64,000 nt of DNA from a virus (lineage: Duplodnaviria; Caudoviricetes), in the IMG/VR virus record IMGVR_UViG_3300022666_000111; one strand, 5' to 3'. This document shows, piece by piece, positions 1 through 9,133 of the stretch. Positions within the stretch are counted from its first letter, which is position 1. Each line of letters opens with the position of its first letter. Below the pieces are notes generated by a model. The model had not been told where the DNA came from and ran no database searches. It was given only the letters and a program-made list of their open reading frames with translations. The translations under genes were made by a program, and so were the position numbers.

Positions 1-81
1 GATCACAGGCTGATCCGACCCGCTCTTGCCGAAGTACACGTTGCCCTCGAGCAAGCCTTCTCGAAGATCTTCGTAGGTCAT
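1..81 (-). CDS. hypothetical protein, 5' part (runs off window)
   Basis: ATG at 81, open frame MTYEDLREGLLEGNVYFGKSG, directly downstream of 84..857. Confidence 0.55.
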   Translation of the reverse strand, partial: MTYEDLREGLLEGNVYFGKSGSDQPVI

Positions 82-83
82 AA

Positions 84-857
84 CTAGCCTCCAGGGTTCA
101 GGCTGCACCAACAAGGCTCGGTCGCCGGGGTGATGAGCCTCTTGATCCACACGAGTAGCTCATCACGGTTGGAGAATTGGGGAAAGAAGCGTGCTCGGCT
201 ATCATCCCCATCCATAGCAGGTATCGGGCAGGAGTCACAGCAAGACCAAAGAGGAACGTCCTCCACACCATCGGTGCCGTAGCCCCTAGCTGTGGCTTCC
301 GTTGGTCGAAAACGCCAGGTGCTAGTATCGGCCCGACCCTCATCAATATCGGGGTACTCACAAGTCCTGCTGGACACTTGTTTCACGCCAACAATCCGGC
401 ATCCCTCACCATGCACTACCACGAGGTTCGTGGGCCAGCGACCTGTGGGGACGGGGATGAGCCCCTCGGCGTAGTACTTTCGGATGGCGGTGTGTTGTAG
501 GAAGGCGGTCGTGCTCTCACCCGTGCCTCCGGCGCCGAGGCGGTTCCACTCCTCTTGGGTGGGCTTCTCGTCTCCCCAAGAGACCCGGCAAGCCTCAATG
601 TTGATCCCACCCGCTGCGAACTTGAGGGTGTTCTCCGCAACGGTCGGGGCATCAAGTGTGTTGCGCAAGAGGAAGGCCATTTGCACCTGGTCCGCCGTGT
701 AGACCAGCATGGTGTCCCGAAGGGTGAGGCCGAACTTCCTCGCCTCAAGGGCCGCCCACGTGCTTGACGCGAAGACCACAAGGTGCGCCCCGGGCACAAG
801 GTTCTGAACAGCCTCTCCGAGCCGTTCAACGCAAGTTATAGCTGAGCTGTATTTCAT
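84..857 (-). CDS. degenerate N6A/N4C DNA methyltransferase-like protein (paralog 1)
   Basis: PGAHLVVF..LRD, TVAENTL..GGINIEACRV, GRWPTNL, ARFF, RLITP; no DPPY or FxGxG. Confidence 0.7.
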   Translation of the reverse strand: MKYSSAITCVERLGEAVQNLVPGAHLVVFASSTWAALEARKFGLTLRDTMLVYTADQVQMAFLLRNTLDAPTVAENTLKFAAGGINIEACRVSWGDEKPTQEEWNRLGAGGTGESTTAFLQHTAIRKYYAEGLIPVPTGRWPTNLVVVHGEGCRIVGVKQVSSRTCEYPDIDEGRADTSTWRFRPTEATARGYGTDGVEDVPLWSCCDSCPIPAMDGDDSRARFFPQFSNRDELLVWIKRLITPATEPCWCSLNPGG

Positions 858-1672
858 AGGGCGCAGAAGACGGTACCACCGTCCGGGGGTGTAAGGAGGT
901 TTGTAAACCAGGCGATGAGCGCCTTCTCGTTCGCGAATTGAGGGTAGTACCGACTAGCACCGCCGACGTCACCATACGGCTGACTGACGGATACTGTGGC
1001 GGCAGCGCTGAAGGTTGAGGGTTTGTCGCGAACCGTGGGGGCTGTAGGGCTCCGGGTGATGCCGCTTTGGTCATCAAGGGCGTGTAGGGGGCAATCAGGA
1101 GCACACTCCCACACAGGGACCTCTTCCGTCCCGCCACCCGTTGACGTGTAGGCCCCACTCCCCTCAACGCAGAAGCGTAGGCCGTCATAGCGGTTGATCT
1201 GGGGCGCAGGGGCCGACGTCGCGCCGATAATCCGGCAGCTAGGGCTGTGGATGAAGGCAAGGTTGGCAGGCCAACGACCGATCGTGTTTTGCTTCTCCTC
1301 GGGGTTGAGGTGGGAGCGGTCAACCGTGTGGAAGATCTTGTCTTGTTCCCCCGGCATGCTCCCGGGCTTGCCTGCCTCGCGGTCAGCTTCGCTTTGCCAG
1401 CGGACCCGGCAGGCGTCTATATGGAGGCCGCCAACTCCGTGTTGGAGCGCGTTGGCGGCCAACGTCGGGGCGTCCAAGGGCGCCCGTAGGAGATGCGCGC
1501 AGCGGCATCTCCCGGGCTCAATGATCATGAGGGAATCTCGAAGGATCCACCCTTGAAGATAGCGGTAGCTTGAGAAAGCCCGAGCGTCTTGAACGAGGAC
1601 GATGACATGCGCCCCAGGGAGAACCGGCTCCGGGAGCACTGCGCTTGCGTGTAAGATAGCGCCTGCCAGCAT
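854..1672 (-). CDS. degenerate DNA methyltransferase-like protein (paralog 2)
   Basis: Same blocks (PGAHVIV, HGVGGLHIDACRV, GRWPANL, ASRYY, LLTPPDGGTVF); start 1672 is coupled to the upstream stop (TAATG). Confidence 0.7.
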   Translation of the reverse strand: MLAGAILHASAVLPEPVLPGAHVIVLVQDARAFSSYRYLQGWILRDSLMIIEPGRCRCAHLLRAPLDAPTLAANALQHGVGGLHIDACRVRWQSEADREAGKPGSMPGEQDKIFHTVDRSHLNPEEKQNTIGRWPANLAFIHSPSCRIIGATSAPAPQINRYDGLRFCVEGSGAYTSTGGGTEEVPVWECAPDCPLHALDDQSGITRSPTAPTVRDKPSTFSAAATVSVSQPYGDVGGASRYYPQFANEKALIAWFTNLLTPPDGGTVFCAL

Positions 1673-2382
1673 TATTGCACCACGTAGGGGTCGCCAAGAA
1701 GCGCCTTGAGCCATTCCAACAGGTCGTCCATGCCTTTGAATTGGGGGTAGAACCTGGCTGCTTGCAGCTTGGCTTGCTTGTCGACCTCGATCGCGGGGCA
1801 TCCGTCCATGCAGACCCAGCTATCCATCTCCTCCCAGCCGTCTTGTCCGTGGTGGACCGTTGACCGCACCGACCAACCTAGTTCATAGGTTTGCTTGTAC
1901 TTGTCCTTAATGTCCACCCCGGCCTTGGGGGGAGCGCTCACCTTGAGCTTCACCTTGCCCTCAAGGAGACACTCGGGACGGTGGATGAGCATGAGGTTCG
2001 TGGGCCAACGCCCGATCGCCAACGTTGGTTGTGGGTCGCTATCCCACCCTCCGCTGTAGGCGTTCTCAGGAGACCCACAGGGCTGGTTGATGCGGATATC
2101 GTCACCGACGTGGCAAGCTGCGAGGTGGATCCCCCCGACGCCGTGCTTGAGAACGTTGGAGGCAACGGTATCTCCGTCGAAGGGGGCGCGGAAGAGGAAG
2201 AGCGTGAGGGTTGAATCCGGCGTCATGACCGTGAGGCCATCACGCATGACGAGGCCCTGTCGGCGGGCCATCATGGAATCGTAGAGTGTTCCAAGAAGGG
2301 CGACGTGCGCCCCTGGGCGGACTTCCTTGATAACGCTCTCCCAGCCGGGTTGGGGGCGAAGGATGATGGCTGATTGATGCAT
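1672..2382 (-). CDS. degenerate DNA methyltransferase-like protein (paralog 3)
   Basis: VRPGAHV, TVASNVLKHGVGGIHLAAC, GRWPTNL, AARFY; start set by GGTGTAG motif 10 nt upstream. Confidence 0.7.
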   Translation of the reverse strand: MHQSAIILRPQPGWESVIKEVRPGAHVALLGTLYDSMMARRQGLVMRDGLTVMTPDSTLTLFLFRAPFDGDTVASNVLKHGVGGIHLAACHVGDDIRINQPCGSPENAYSGGWDSDPQPTLAIGRWPTNLMLIHRPECLLEGKVKLKVSAPPKAGVDIKDKYKQTYELGWSVRSTVHHGQDGWEEMDSWVCMDGCPAIEVDKQAKLQAARFYPQFKGMDDLLEWLKALLGDPYVVQ

Positions 2383-2440
2383 GCTTGGCATTCTACACCG
2401 GAATTCGTTGATGAGGTTCTTCCTTTTGCATACGTAGAGC

Positions 2441-2647
2441 ATGACGATCGAGGGGTACGTTCCGATGTCAACCGAAGAGCGAGACGCGGCAATGGCGCTC
2501 GCACCATCCCGCCCCGCTGCCAAACGGTGGCTTGAAGCCCACAAGGGACACGAGACGCGGATTGCGAGGGTTGAGAACTACCTCAACCGAGGGGTCTACG
2601 TCACGTTTCGGTGCTCTTGCGGATCTACCGAGGACGTCTTGGTTTAG
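2441..2647 (+). CDS. small hypothetical protein
   Basis: Preceded by TTGATG-N13-TGCATA-N8-ATG. Confidence 0.6.
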   Translation: MTIEGYVPMSTEERDAAMALAPSRPAAKRWLEAHKGHETRIARVENYLNRGVYVTFRCSCGSTEDVLV

Positions 2648-3354
2648 AAGAGGTCCTCGTCCAAGAGGCGATCGAAATAATCCGTGAGGGGTTCCGGCGT
2701 CACTTCAAAGAGGACCCATTCCGCGAAGAACCGCTCATGGTTGAGCTGGATCGCGCTGGAATCGGCTGCAAGAGGGTCATCGTAGGTGACCGTGATGAGG
2801 GGATTCGTAGGGCTATGTAGTATGCCTTCGATGACGCCGGTCAAGCCACCGTTGATTTGACGGACGTGAGCGCCCCCTTGAACCCAGGAGGGTAGCTGCA
2901 TGTTTGGAATCGGGGGTCCAAACATGTTCTCCGCGCCGTTGGGCAAGGTGTCAACGAGAAACGTGTGGCGTCCAACCCCACTGTAGTCGATGTTTCGCCG
3001 AAGCGGTTGGATCACACTGCTGGCGAGGCTCCGTTGGATTTGGACGGCGCCTAGCTGTAGGATGGCCTCCATGGCGCTACGGATGGTGGTCCCTGGGTCA
3101 GGGAGAGGCCGTGGCGGCGCGGGCTCACGGTATTGTAGGCGCTCGATGGCGTTGATCACGTCGCTTCCAAGAAGCGTGTCGAGGGGCTCGGTGTTGTAGC
3201 CGATTTGACGTTGAACCTCAACGCGGAGGTTCAAGCCCACGGGGCTAAGCGTGACGCTGGCGATACCTGGGCGGGCGCGGAGCTGGGCTATAAGCTCCCG
3301 CACGGCTATGCGGGAATCCACGTTGTCGTAGACGAAGACCCAGAAGAGCGGCAT
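2644..3354 (-). CDS. chimeric protein: major-capsid-like segment plus acidic C-terminal tail
   Basis: LASSVIQPLRRNIDYSGVGRHTFLVDTLPNGA resembles a recalled capsid N-terminal region; ends DYFDRLLDEDLF. Confidence 0.65.
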   Translation of the reverse strand: MPLFWVFVYDNVDSRIAVRELIAQLRARPGIASVTLSPVGLNLRVEVQRQIGYNTEPLDTLLGSDVINAIERLQYREPAPPRPLPDPGTTIRSAMEAILQLGAVQIQRSLASSVIQPLRRNIDYSGVGRHTFLVDTLPNGAENMFGPPIPNMQLPSWVQGGAHVRQINGGLTGVIEGILHSPTNPLITVTYDDPLAADSSAIQLNHERFFAEWVLFEVTPEPLTDYFDRLLDEDLF

Positions 3355-3653
3355 CAGGCTTGTCCGACGACTTGCTTGTTTCCGAAGATTCGGTCCCAGC
3401 CGTCACGATAGGCGGGGGTTGCTACGCGCACGGGGCCTTGGTGCTCGACCTTCGTGTAGCGGTAGCGATTGCCTTCGATCTGCTCAACCAAGAAGGAGTC
3501 CTCGGGAAGGGATTCCCCATCCGCCACCTTTCGAATGATACCAGCCTCGATCTGGTGATCCTCTGTGTGACGGACGGCGAGGCGTTGGCCCTCCCCGACC
3601 TCCGGACCGATCACGATCTCATTCCCGCAGTCGCATTTCTTCTCGTCGCCCAT
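3354..3653 (-). CDS. hypothetical protein
   Basis: GGTGTAG-N8-ATG; stop overlaps next start. Confidence 0.65.
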   Translation of the reverse strand: MGDEKKCDCGNEIVIGPEVGEGQRLAVRHTEDHQIEAGIIRKVADGESLPEDSFLVEQIEGNRYRYTKVEHQGPVRVATPAYRDGWDRIFGNKQVVGQA

Positions 3654-3661
3654 GTTGACCT

Positions 3662-4012
3662 CTACACCAGCGGATTGTCCTTTGGAGGGGGCATCACTGG
3701 CAGATATACCGCAAGGATACGGGTCTGTCCTGTTCGAAGACATTTGACCACCCGGTGGACCCCATCGGCGATACACCCGTCGGGGGTGAGAATGATGGGG
3801 TAGCTCAGGTCTGCGCGCTCAACGCGATCGGCGTGCTCCATGATCTCGTTGATGGTCATAGGCCCGGCTGACCAGCAATGGCTGTCCAAGAGCTTATCGA
3901 CGTCCGTGATGAGGCAAAGGGCTACCTCCACGGGCTTGAGGAGGGCGGCCATCCGCCAAAGGTCGGCGACGTCCCAGGAGTAGGTCCCGTCCGAATAGGT
4001 CTGGTCAGCCAT
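3662..4012 (-). CDS. ParB/Srx-like N-terminal domain protein
   Basis: YPIILTPDGCIADGVHRV motif. Confidence 0.6.
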   Translation of the reverse strand: MADQTYSDGTYSWDVADLWRMAALLKPVEVALCLITDVDKLLDSHCWSAGPMTINEIMEHADRVERADLSYPIILTPDGCIADGVHRVVKCLRTGQTRILAVYLPVMPPPKDNPLV

Positions 4013-4437
4013 CAGAGCCACCTCAAGGCGGCAGCGTTGCAGATCAGGTGCATCGTGTTGTCCACGATGATCATGAGCCATACGGTGAGCCAGACCGGGC
4101 GTTCCGGGCTGTACCCGGTAGCCTTACAATCCGCCCAGGCATAGTTCCGCCGTGCGGGTTGCCCTTCCGGCTGGATCCACTTGGGCGCCAAGAAGTTATT
4201 GACCCAGGAAACGTACGTCGCGAGCTTGTAGTGATCAATCACGAAATGCGTCACGAAGATGAAGGCCAGAGCGGCTGGGCTCCGTGTGAGCGCAAAGAAG
4301 GGGAGCGTGTAGAAGAAGGCGTGGATGAGCGCCACGCTCTTGCGGTTGTACTTGTTGGCGGCCATCCAATCGGATTGAAGGCAGTAGTCACCGACCAGGT
4401 GACACAGGAGTTGGTCAAAGGTGCCAAATGGGTTCAT
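4012..4437 (-). CDS. DUF3307-like membrane protein
   Basis: HLVGDYCLQSDWMA..H..HFVIDH..DNTMH; GGTGTAG-N8-ATG. Confidence 0.75.
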   Translation of the reverse strand: MNPFGTFDQLLCHLVGDYCLQSDWMAANKYNRKSVALIHAFFYTLPFFALTRSPAALAFIFVTHFVIDHYKLATYVSWVNNFLAPKWIQPEGQPARRNYAWADCKATGYSPERPVWLTVWLMIIVDNTMHLICNAAALRWL

Positions 4438-4453
4438 GCCCCGATCTACACCG

Positions 4454-4789
4454 CTAGTTGCTCTTGTCCCGGAGCGCCTTTGAGAGCATCTGGTGGATCT
4501 CGCGATTGCGCTGGTCGTACTCCGCCTCAATGAGCTTCCCGCGCGTGTACTCATACGCGGCGAGCTTCTTGTAGAAGTTGACCTCGTCGACGTAGGTCTC
4601 CTTGATCTTCTCGTGGTGCTTCTTATGGATCTCGAGGCTAGCTTCGGCGATCCGGCGTTTGGTATCGACGATGATGTACTTGCCCCAGAGGATGCAGCCG
4701 ATGAGGGACCCCCCGCAGAGCATCCCGACGAAGAGGAGAAAGAGCTGCACGACTTGCGGGGTGTTGTGAATCTGCTCGCCGAGGGTCAT
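4454..4789 (-). CDS. hypothetical membrane protein
   Basis: One TM segment; AAGGAG SD. Confidence 0.6.
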   Translation of the reverse strand: MTLGEQIHNTPQVVQLFLLFVGMLCGGSLIGCILWGKYIIVDTKRRIAEASLEIHKKHHEKIKETYVDEVNFYKKLAAYEYTRGKLIEAEYDQRNREIHQMLSKALRDKSN

Positions 4790-4844
4790 AAGGGCTCCTT
4801 GATTTACCTTGGTGGTCCTACACCAGGAGGTGTAGAGGAGACCC

Positions 4845-5189
4845 ATGACAGACAAAGCGATGCTCACGGCTCTTTTGACTTGCGGCAAGCTATCCGAAGA
4901 GGAGGAATCCGCCTTTCGAAGCATGCTGTCACAAATCGACAACGCGAAACAGGTGAAGACGTTATCGTCACGGCAGCGGCAATGGGCAGAATCCGTTTAC
5001 GCCAAGCTCGGCCTCATGGACGAAGAGGGCTCGGCCAATCTCATCTCGAGCGGCAAATACGTGCCGACCGCCGCCGAGATGGTCAAGAGGTATCCATGGG
5101 AGCTGAAGCGCGGCCCACGCAAGCCTCCTGGACGCAAATGCCCGGAGGGGACCGGCGCCTGTAAATGCTGCGAGACTTGTAGGATGTAG
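4845..5189 (+). CDS. hypothetical protein
   Basis: GGTGTAG-N9-ATG. Confidence 0.65.
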   Translation: MTDKAMLTALLTCGKLSEEEESAFRSMLSQIDNAKQVKTLSSRQRQWAESVYAKLGLMDEEGSANLISSGKYVPTAAEMVKRYPWELKRGPRKPPGRKCPEGTGACKCCETCRM

Positions 5190-5193
5190 CGCC

Positions 5194-5430
5194 GTGGCCC
5201 GGCGTAAGCAGTGCTGGGGACCGGGAAAAGACCAGCACGTCAAGGGATGCCGACCGGGGCGTCCGTTATGCCGGTGGATGAGGCAGAAGAAGGCCAATCA
5301 GCAGAAATGCACTTGCGGGGCCTATCACTACCCCCACCGGAGAGGCAGCGGTCTTTGCGGCAGCCCTGAGAAGATGTGGGAGCTTTGTTACGGTCCGGCT
5401 CCCCAAGAAGAGGACGAGGTCCCGTTCTAA
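5194..5430 (+). CDS. small Cys/His-rich protein with DEVPF tail
   Basis: CTCGAYHYPHRRGSGLC; follows 4845..5189. Confidence 0.55.
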   Translation: MARRKQCWGPGKDQHVKGCRPGRPLCRWMRQKKANQQKCTCGAYHYPHRRGSGLCGSPEKMWELCYGPAPQEEDEVPF

Positions 5431-5447
5431 TCCTCTTGTGAAACGGC

Positions 5448-5999
5448 ATGTCATCAAATGAGGATGACATGAAGCAAGAGCCCACCATACACACCTCCAA
5501 TTCAAAGGCTGAAGTCGATACACGCGTCGCGGAGCTTGTCGCACAAGGGTGGACGAGCCTCCCGGCCGATGACCCTGAGCGTGCCCTTCGAGGATTCGTC
5601 GTGTTCCGTTACGTTTCACGACACACGGGGATCCCCGTGACAGAGGAGGCAATGCGGACCGAAGAGGCGATGGCGCAAGACATCGTCGAGGAGACGCAGG
5701 TCTTCCAGTACAACCTCTTTGGAAAGCCCCTCTACCATGACCACGCCGTTGTCACGGCTGAAGAGCTGATCGCCGCCATGAAGGCGGACCCGACCTACTA
5801 CATTGCGGACAACCCCATGGCGAGACTCTTGGGGTTCGTGTGGTACAAGGTGGACGAAGGTGTGTCAAGAGTTCGAAGGACGACGCTCACGGCCTTCAAG
5901 AGTAGTAGTGACGCAGACCGTGCGTTCATTCAGAGCGAGCGGGAGCGCCTGAAGGACGTCGTGCCGCCATATACCGGGCCACAACCCGCCGAGCAATGA
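5448..5999 (+). CDS. hypothetical protein
   Basis: 183-aa ORF with natural composition. Confidence 0.6.
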   Translation: MSSNEDDMKQEPTIHTSNSKAEVDTRVAELVAQGWTSLPADDPERALRGFVVFRYVSRHTGIPVTEEAMRTEEAMAQDIVEETQVFQYNLFGKPLYHDHAVVTAEELIAAMKADPTYYIADNPMARLLGFVWYKVDEGVSRVRRTTLTAFKSSSDADRAFIQSERERLKDVVPPYTGPQPAEQ

Positions 6000-6150
6000 G
6001 GCCCGCGTCCTTGTTCTTGAATTCGTAATCGGGCTTCATCTTCTTGTAGATGCCCATGATGTAGGCATAGTCCTCTGTGTGGCCCTGCTCCTTAGCGAGT
6101 TCCTTGGCCTTTTCCCACTTCTCTTCATCGCGCTTGGTCTTGGTCGGCAT
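5926..6150 (-). CDS. small helical phage protein with RVxxRY motif
   Basis: KWEKAKELAKEQG..YAYIMGIYKKM; IARRVVARYMAA. Confidence 0.6.
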   Translation of the reverse strand: MPTKTKRDEEKWEKAKELAKEQGHTEDYAYIMGIYKKMKPDYEFKNKDAGLIARRVVARYMAARRPSGAPARSE

Positions 6151-6205
6151 GGCGTCACCTTGACTACACATTCAGCATAGGTGAATCCGTGGTGTAGAGG
6201 GGGCT

Positions 6206-6736
6206 ATGGCGAATCACAGCTTCGTTCGATACAACCGGCTGAGCCTCCGCCTCAAGGCCCATGAGGTCGAGACCATGCTCAAGAGCTTCATTGTGGCACG
6301 CTTCGGAGGCCGCGTTGTCATCGAGCGAATCGCTGACAGCCCGATGGAGCGTCAGGGCTACACGGTGTGGCATTGCGTCGCTCCAGGGACGGCCATAGAC
6401 GATCCCAAAGAGGCGATGCGAGCTTGGATGGCCCCAGGGGAGCTGATTGGCTTTCCGGTCTGGTACAAGCCGGGCCTCTTGGAATTCAGGCACGTCCGAA
6501 ACGAATGGGCCAGGTGGGCGCAGAAGTGCGTGGAAGAGGACTTCGCCATGCACCTTGGCGCCACCATGGAGGACGAGGGTGACAACGTCGTCCACAAGGC
6601 CGTCCGGGACGCCAGTAACTTCAACACGGTTCGCGATTACCTCTCTCGGAACTTCACGAAGCCGTTGGAGGGTGATGATCTTGAGTGGGTTGAGCGTTTG
6701 ATGCAAAGCGTCCCGGAGGTCTTCCGGGAGCACTAG
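6206..6736 (+). CDS. hypothetical protein (paralog of 21638..22123)
   Basis: GGTGTAG-N8-ATG; internal similarity. Confidence 0.7.
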   Translation: MANHSFVRYNRLSLRLKAHEVETMLKSFIVARFGGRVVIERIADSPMERQGYTVWHCVAPGTAIDDPKEAMRAWMAPGELIGFPVWYKPGLLEFRHVRNEWARWAQKCVEEDFAMHLGATMEDEGDNVVHKAVRDASNFNTVRDYLSRNFTKPLEGDDLEWVERLMQSVPEVFREH

Positions 6737-7869
6737 AGAAGGAAGCGGAGCGCGACGCGTTGGGCAGCGGTCTTCGTGGGGTAGAAGCCCTTCCCCGGGA
6801 TGAATGCAACCGTCTCGAATGGCTGGTTCTTGAACGTATAGCTCTCCATCGAAACGGTGAGGACCTTGGCGGGGAGGACCTTGGGCACGGCGATGACTTC
6901 GTTCTGGTTGTAGTGGAAGAATCGGCGCCTTAGTCGAAGGGGGAGAAGGGTGAGATCCACCAGGATGTCATCGGCGGAGAGCTTGGTCCCCACGAGAACG
7001 CCCACGTGGGCGGCCTTGGCGAACTCTTGAGCAATCTGCGGTGTCTTGGACCAGGAGGACTCTTGCCCGCGTTGTAGTGTTACGCGGGCGCCCCGTCGGA
7101 GGCTTTCAAGGTCAAGATCCAAGTACTTCTTGACGGCGGCTCGGAGGTCGTGCTCGTCGTTCATAAGGATCCCAATGCCACGGTACGCTGTGAGGCTGCT
7201 ATACGGGAGAGGGATGTTCTCCTTAAGCCAGGATCTGGCTGCCGTCGAGATCCCTTGGCCCTCGTGTGACGTGTAGTTGTCCAGCTCGGTCAGGACGAAG
7301 TCGGGAAGCTCAACGTCTGTGGGGGCCTCCGTCACGAACCGTGGGGCATTGCCGTCGATGAGGTCACAATCCTCTGCCACGCTCTTCCAGACGCCGAACC
7401 GGCCACCCCAACGGGACTTTGGGTCGGCCTCCCAGCCATCGTAGTAGTCCATGAAGGGCTTCATGTGACACGCGGCAAGAAGAGCCGCTTTGGGGCGTTT
7501 GTAGTCCGCCAAAAGCGCCTTGATGATCTCTTCGTGAGACTTCCCCGCGTATTGCTCCGAAAGGGCCGTGGCGTCCAGGATGCCCTTCTGGATACAGAAT
7601 TCGATGTCCTTGACGGTCATCTCGAAGATTCGGGGGACCTTTCGGATGCGGTAGATGTAGTTCGACCCAGGTCCAGCGGCTCCGCTTGCCATATCCCGCC
7701 CGATCCCTTTGCGCCACGTGCGGTAAGCTGCCTCATCGTCCGTGCGCGTTGTCGCGAGGGCGCTCCCGTCAAGGAACTTGACGTTGACGTCCCAAACGTC
7801 AGGGTCGGATTCAATCGGCTTGTGGGTGAAGAGGTAGAGGCGCCCTGCCATGCGCGCGGTGAGGAGCAT
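6733..7869 (-). CDS. putative R-S-E class ADP-ribosyltransferase domain protein
   Basis: AYRG ... ESSWSK..IAQEFA ... QNEVI; C-terminal AAQRVALRFLL. Confidence 0.55.
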   Translation of the reverse strand: MLLTARMAGRLYLFTHKPIESDPDVWDVNVKFLDGSALATTRTDDEAAYRTWRKGIGRDMASGAAGPGSNYIYRIRKVPRIFEMTVKDIEFCIQKGILDATALSEQYAGKSHEEIIKALLADYKRPKAALLAACHMKPFMDYYDGWEADPKSRWGGRFGVWKSVAEDCDLIDGNAPRFVTEAPTDVELPDFVLTELDNYTSHEGQGISTAARSWLKENIPLPYSSLTAYRGIGILMNDEHDLRAAVKKYLDLDLESLRRGARVTLQRGQESSWSKTPQIAQEFAKAAHVGVLVGTKLSADDILVDLTLLPLRLRRRFFHYNQNEVIAVPKVLPAKVLTVSMESYTFKNQPFETVAFIPGKGFYPTKTAAQRVALRFLL

Positions 7870-7890
7870 ATCTGTCGCGTGGCATAGAAG

Positions 7891-8547
7891 CTAACGGGCA
7901 AAGCGAGGCCGGGAGAATCGTGGGCGCATCACGCCGTCCGGCCACATGACGGGCTCAATGAACATCGCCTTGGGGCGCGACCAGATACGCCCATCCTCCC
8001 CCATATAGATGACGACAAGCGCCTGGGTTTCACTATCCGAAGCCTCTCCGAGGACCGTGTAGAAGCCGCCCTTGAAATGCTGGTAGGATCCGGGGGCTAG
8101 CTGTCCAGCCACAGGTGAAGCAGGAGGCAGATCCCCAGCAGGCTTAGGACACTCAGGAGGGCTAGGAAGGTGCTCACGCAGCACCTTAGCAAGATAGCTC
8201 ATGAGAAGCCAATCGTAAGTGTACTTGGTGTCCAGGGGGATGGGGTCGTCCTTGAAATCCGGGAGGCTGTTCAGCCCGGCGATGATCTCGCGCGCTTCCT
8301 CGTCCGTGAGCTTAGCCTCGGTGCGGAGGCGGAAGTCGTTACACCCGTGGTTGGAAAACGATCTGGATGCGATCTCAAGGAGAGCGGCGGCGGTCTTGAG
8401 TTGTGCTGGGGTCATTGTGGGCCTCTTACCTCCGTGAATACGGCAAAGGCCGTTTGCGACGGCCTTGTTGTGACACCCCCCGCGATACCGCTCTACGACC
8501 TCCGTGTAGCGGCATCGCTCTTCGGGGAGGGGTTTCCGGTAGGTCAC
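7891..8547 (-). CDS. DUF1653 domain protein
   Basis: C-terminal YQHFKGGFYTVLG.A.DSET..VVIY..GRIWSRP..MF. Confidence 0.75.
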   Translation of the reverse strand: MTYRKPLPEERCRYTEVVERYRGGCHNKAVANGLCRIHGGKRPTMTPAQLKTAAALLEIASRSFSNHGCNDFRLRTEAKLTDEEAREIIAGLNSLPDFKDDPIPLDTKYTYDWLLMSYLAKVLREHLPSPPECPKPAGDLPPASPVAGQLAPGSYQHFKGGFYTVLGEASDSETQALVVIYMGEDGRIWSRPKAMFIEPVMWPDGVMRPRFSRPRFAR

Positions 8548-8720
8548 TCTACACCGCCGTCGTCGGCGTTACGGGCGCGGGCTCGAGCGATCCCGTGGGA
8601 GATCTGTTTGCCTCGAGCACGAGCTTTCTTGCTTCGACGGCTGTTGTAGGTATCGGGAGGGAATTTGTCATGTCCAGGGCAGCAACCGCGATCTTTTCGT
8701 TTTACACCGTAGGGTTTCAT
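8544..8720 (-). CDS. small basic protein MKPYG.. (58 aa, below ORF-track cutoff)
   Basis: Translated by hand; TTGATC/GGCATA motif upstream; resembles 58640..58801. Confidence 0.55.
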   Translation of the reverse strand: MKPYGVKRKDRGCCPGHDKFPPDTYNSRRSKKARARGKQISHGIARARARNADDGGVE

Positions 8721-8782
8721 GATGTTCCTTGTATGCCGGAGGGTCCAATGGGATCAACCTCTTTTGATACCGCAGGTGGATT

Positions 8783-9133
8783 ATGAGCACGCCCTACGCC
8801 ATGATTGTCCAGCACGTCATTCTCGACGTGCTCAAGCTCCTTGTAGACGTCCCGTCCCCGATTGGCGCGGATGCCCTGCGGGGTGTTATTCGCAATGTGT
8901 CTCGCACCTACGATGACGCACCTTTGGATGAAATCACACTCAGCACCATGCTAGAGGGGTACGGGCCATTCTTGAGGGCATCAGCGGTCCATCCTGATGA
9001 CGAGGTGACACCCGGAGTCACGTACAGGAATCTGGGCTATCTTACGATTGTAGGGGACATCAAGTATGGATGGGCACCGGCCATTCGGCAGTTCGTCCGA
9101 ATGGACCTGACGAATGTGCGCGCCCCGATCTAA
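8783..9133 (+). CDS. hypothetical protein
   Basis: ORF track; no motif. Confidence 0.55.
   Translation: MSTPYAMIVQHVILDVLKLLVDVPSPIGADALRGVIRNVSRTYDDAPLDEITLSTMLEGYGPFLRASAVHPDDEVTPGVTYRNLGYLTIVGDIKYGWAPAIRQFVRMDLTNVRAPI

Noticed and set aside
84-2382. Active DNA methyltransferases, or one frameshifted gene
   Set aside because: Each ORF repeats the same blocks (paralogs, not consecutive parts) and lacks DPPY and FxGxG.
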